Shown: one piece after another, positions 61,051-64,000 of the stretch | How the letters are laid out: every line of letters starts with the position of its first letter | Numbering within the stretch: the stretch's first letter is position 1 | Source: Gekko japonicus | Lineage: Eukaryota | Length of the DNA stretch: 64,000 bases | Direction of reading: 5' to 3' | Assembly: GCF_001447785.1 (NCBI RefSeq) | Contig: NW_015161978.1 | Coordinates: 411,483 to 475,482 of the forward strand | Made by a program: the position numbers and the translations under genes | Notes under the pieces: model-generated | The model's database searches: none | What the model saw: the letters and a program-made list of their open reading frames with translations, nothing else | Told to the model about the DNA's origin: nothing

Positions 61051-64000
61051 AGACTGTTCCAAGCCTGTCATCTGACCACAGCCCAAGAGACTCAACAGGC
61101 ACACAGCAGCAAGGCTTGGCTTAGGATAGGTACAATATCTTTTTGTTATTTTGTTGTTGTTGTTATTTTACCAAATGCCCCCTCCTAAATTAGCTAGGCA
61201 GCTGAGGGAAACTTCAGGCTACTGATACTCAAACTATCAACAAGCATTCCCCACCCCCATTTCTCAAGGTATACTGAATCTTCAAATACAGGTCCTGCAA
61301 CAAGCAGAGGCCATATAATGACCATTACATCAGTACAAACATCTACTGGAATATATGAGTGATATGGGGGTTGTGCTTAGCAGAGTAAGGTTGATTCTTC
61401 CCAACTAGTTGGCTACATGATTAATATGCATATGCACTCAGCAATAAGACAATTAAAACACCCTACCCAAATTCCAGTTTATTCTGAATTTTTATTACCA
61501 CCTCCCCGCCCCAAAAATATTTTCCCCTCAAAGGCTGTAGGAATGCTCAATATGAAAATATGGCAAAAGCACACACACACACAGATTAAGATATATATAT
61601 ACACACAATAGTAACAATCTGAACGGGTTTTAATTTGTTTTAATTTGTATGAGATTCACCTGCACTACTAGAAATTTCATAGATATGCATACATATGGGG
61701 ATTCCCCCCCCCCCAATGTTCAGGGAGAGTAAGCATGGATGTTGCAGTTCAATTAACAAGCTAATGTGATGCCCTCCGACGTGAACAATACTAAGACTTG
61801 CTAAGGCTCTGAAAGAAAAACAGAAGACTGACATACGCTTTGCTGTTATAGAATAGGAGCTTTCACTGGTGTGTGTTCCCCTACAAACATGGGTGTGTGA
61901 GAGGACCAGGTTCTCTTCTAGTCCACCCCCACACCCCGAGTTGCTTTGGTTTTAGCTTCTACCTTAAAATTTGTTTTTCGGATCTGTTGTTAGTTCTCTG
62001 TCTCTCTCTCTGTCTCTCTCCCTCTTTTTTTCTCCATCTACTGCATTCATCATTATTCAGCTGCATTATAGCACTTAAAAAAACNNNNNNNNNNNNNNNN
62101 NNNNNNNNNNNNNNNNNNNNNNNNNNNNNNNNNNNNNNNNNNNNNNNNNNNNNNNNNNNNNNNNNNNNNNNNNNNNNNNNNNNNNNNNNNNNNNNNNNNN
62201 NNNNNNNNNNNNNNNNNNNNNNNNNNNNNNNNNNNNNNNNNNNNNNNNNNNNNNNNNNNNNNNNNNNNNNNNNNNNNNNNNNNNNNNNNNNNNNNNNNNN
62301 NNNNNNNNNNNNNNNNNNNNNNNNNNNNNNNNNNNNNNNNNNNNNNNNNNNNNNNNNNNNNNNNNNNNNNNNNNNNNNNNNNNNNNNNNCTGAACACTTT
62401 GGGCATAATGCATTCTTCAAACATCCATTAATAAAACAAATAACCATTAAAGAAAAACTAAAGGCTATTGATAAAATGACCTTTTCTCTACCCACTCTCT
62501 TTAAAGAGAGCCAAACACCACAGCTTTTTTAAAATGTTCAAAAATTACAGTAAACACAGATGGCTTCCATTTATTCCCCATTTTTACTTCTTTGGTGAAG
62601 TTGTCTTCTTTCGTTAAATGACAACATGAATGATGAAATTCAGTTGCTATGCTAGAAAAACACAAAACAAACCATGGTGCCTAATCCCTAAGGAAAACTG
62701 GACTTTCAGTTATGAATCATCCTTACCAGGAACCTTGGAAATCTTAAATGAAACTCTTTACATACTTATCGAAAACACTACAAGTACATATGATCAGAAA
62801 GCTCAACCAGAAAGATCACCCCCCTCACTTTACCTTTGAAATTCATAACTAGTGAAGCTGGCACCCACCTTTTGTGGCTATTTAAATATAACTTCTACAA
62901 TTCCAGAGAAATCAATGAGCAGCACAAACATCAAATGTGTTTGGTTTTTATTACATGCTTGCTGAACATTTCATATTGCTAGGACTGCAATGAAGACTTG
63001 CAAGCACATAATAAAACCAAACCTATTTGATGTTACAGAATTAGCATTTTTTCTTCTGCTCTTCGTATAAGGAAGGAAGAGGAACTTTATAAGCTCGCTG
63101 TTTCTGTCTGTACCTACTTCATTCATTTTAAAGAATTTCACCTGAATTCTGCCTAAATGAAGAATGGGAGGTAAACCTATTTAATATTATAAACTTCTGG
63201 ATTTTAGTGCTCTTTTTATACGAGAAGAACTGCTTTTCTAAGCTATCTACAGTGAATATATAGCTCTATGTGATATAAAGTATTTATGGTGCAAGTTCTT
63301 CATCCAGGAAGAAAATATTTAATATAACCTTTTTACTACAAATAGTTATTACTGGTATCTGCTTTACTGTTTTTCTCCCCAGAATGAAAACAGTGCAGAG
63401 AGAGAGAGGGCGAGAGAGGGGGGGGGGGGGGGAGAGAGATACTAAAAACGTACACAAGAAATGTTTATGTGACCTGCCACAGTGATGAACAAAATTAAAA
63501 ATTCCTGTCAATGCAAAATGAAAAGCAATTTTGCTTGCAATTTCCCGTTATGAATTTGCAGTCAAATTCAAGTATCTCACGCTATCTAGAATCCACAAGC
63601 ATTCACCATAGCCAAAATAACAGGCTTTAATTAGAAATAACACAAATGATGAACTGCAGACTAAAATTTACAAGGCTTCCAGGCAGTAATACCAATTTCT
63701 GAAAGTCTCTGGAAAATTCAGAAAACACCAGTATAAATAAAGGAAATCTAAGTACGCATTTGCTAGTATGTATACACTGGGAATTCACAACCTTATCCTT
63801 AATAAAGAACCTATTGATTAGTACAAATGCTAACTACAAGGGCTGCAAACATAAGGTCATGTCCAAATCTCTTGCCATCTGGAATCTTATTCAGGTCAGT
63901 GGGACTCAGCCATAAAAACAAAAAGTGTTGTATGGTTGTTAACATCTACAGGTGAAAACAGAACACATAGATAAAAGAACAACTACCAATTCTGGTGTTA

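Noticed and set aside
40731-62532. Long ORFs containing X runs (e.g. 40771-42081, 55703-56437, 61873-62532)
   Set aside because: Artefacts of translating through N gaps.

Overview
Eukaryotic, repeat-rich vertebrate DNA from a draft assembly with seven N-gaps. It is most likely a squamate, probably a gecko, judged from the tRNA- and 5S-derived SINEs and the CR1, L2, DIRS and hAT repertoire. No host protein-coding exon could be identified with confidence; the A-rich + strand suggests the intron of a large minus-strand gene. The first 15.5 kb holds three co-oriented DIRS1-type tyrosine-recombinase retrotransposons. One (9568-15427) is full length with both ITRs, the internal complementary region, and gag, RT, RNase H, methyltransferase-like and YR remnants. 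The rest contains a CR1 with an open RT frame, several L2 copies, an RTE-X-like LINE, an internally deleted Helitron, a solo LTR with two nested inserts, many hAT/Harbinger MITEs with clean TSDs and a Penelope remnant with a decayed minimal hammerhead ribozyme. There is also an unusual 1.25-kb L1-like non-autonomous element with an unrecognised ORF, and two CpG- and motif-rich unique segments (about 38 kb and 60.8 kb) that may be promoters or alternative first exons. I found no convincing wholly new biological system; the best leads are listed as findings. Family names are recognised from motifs, not from database searches.
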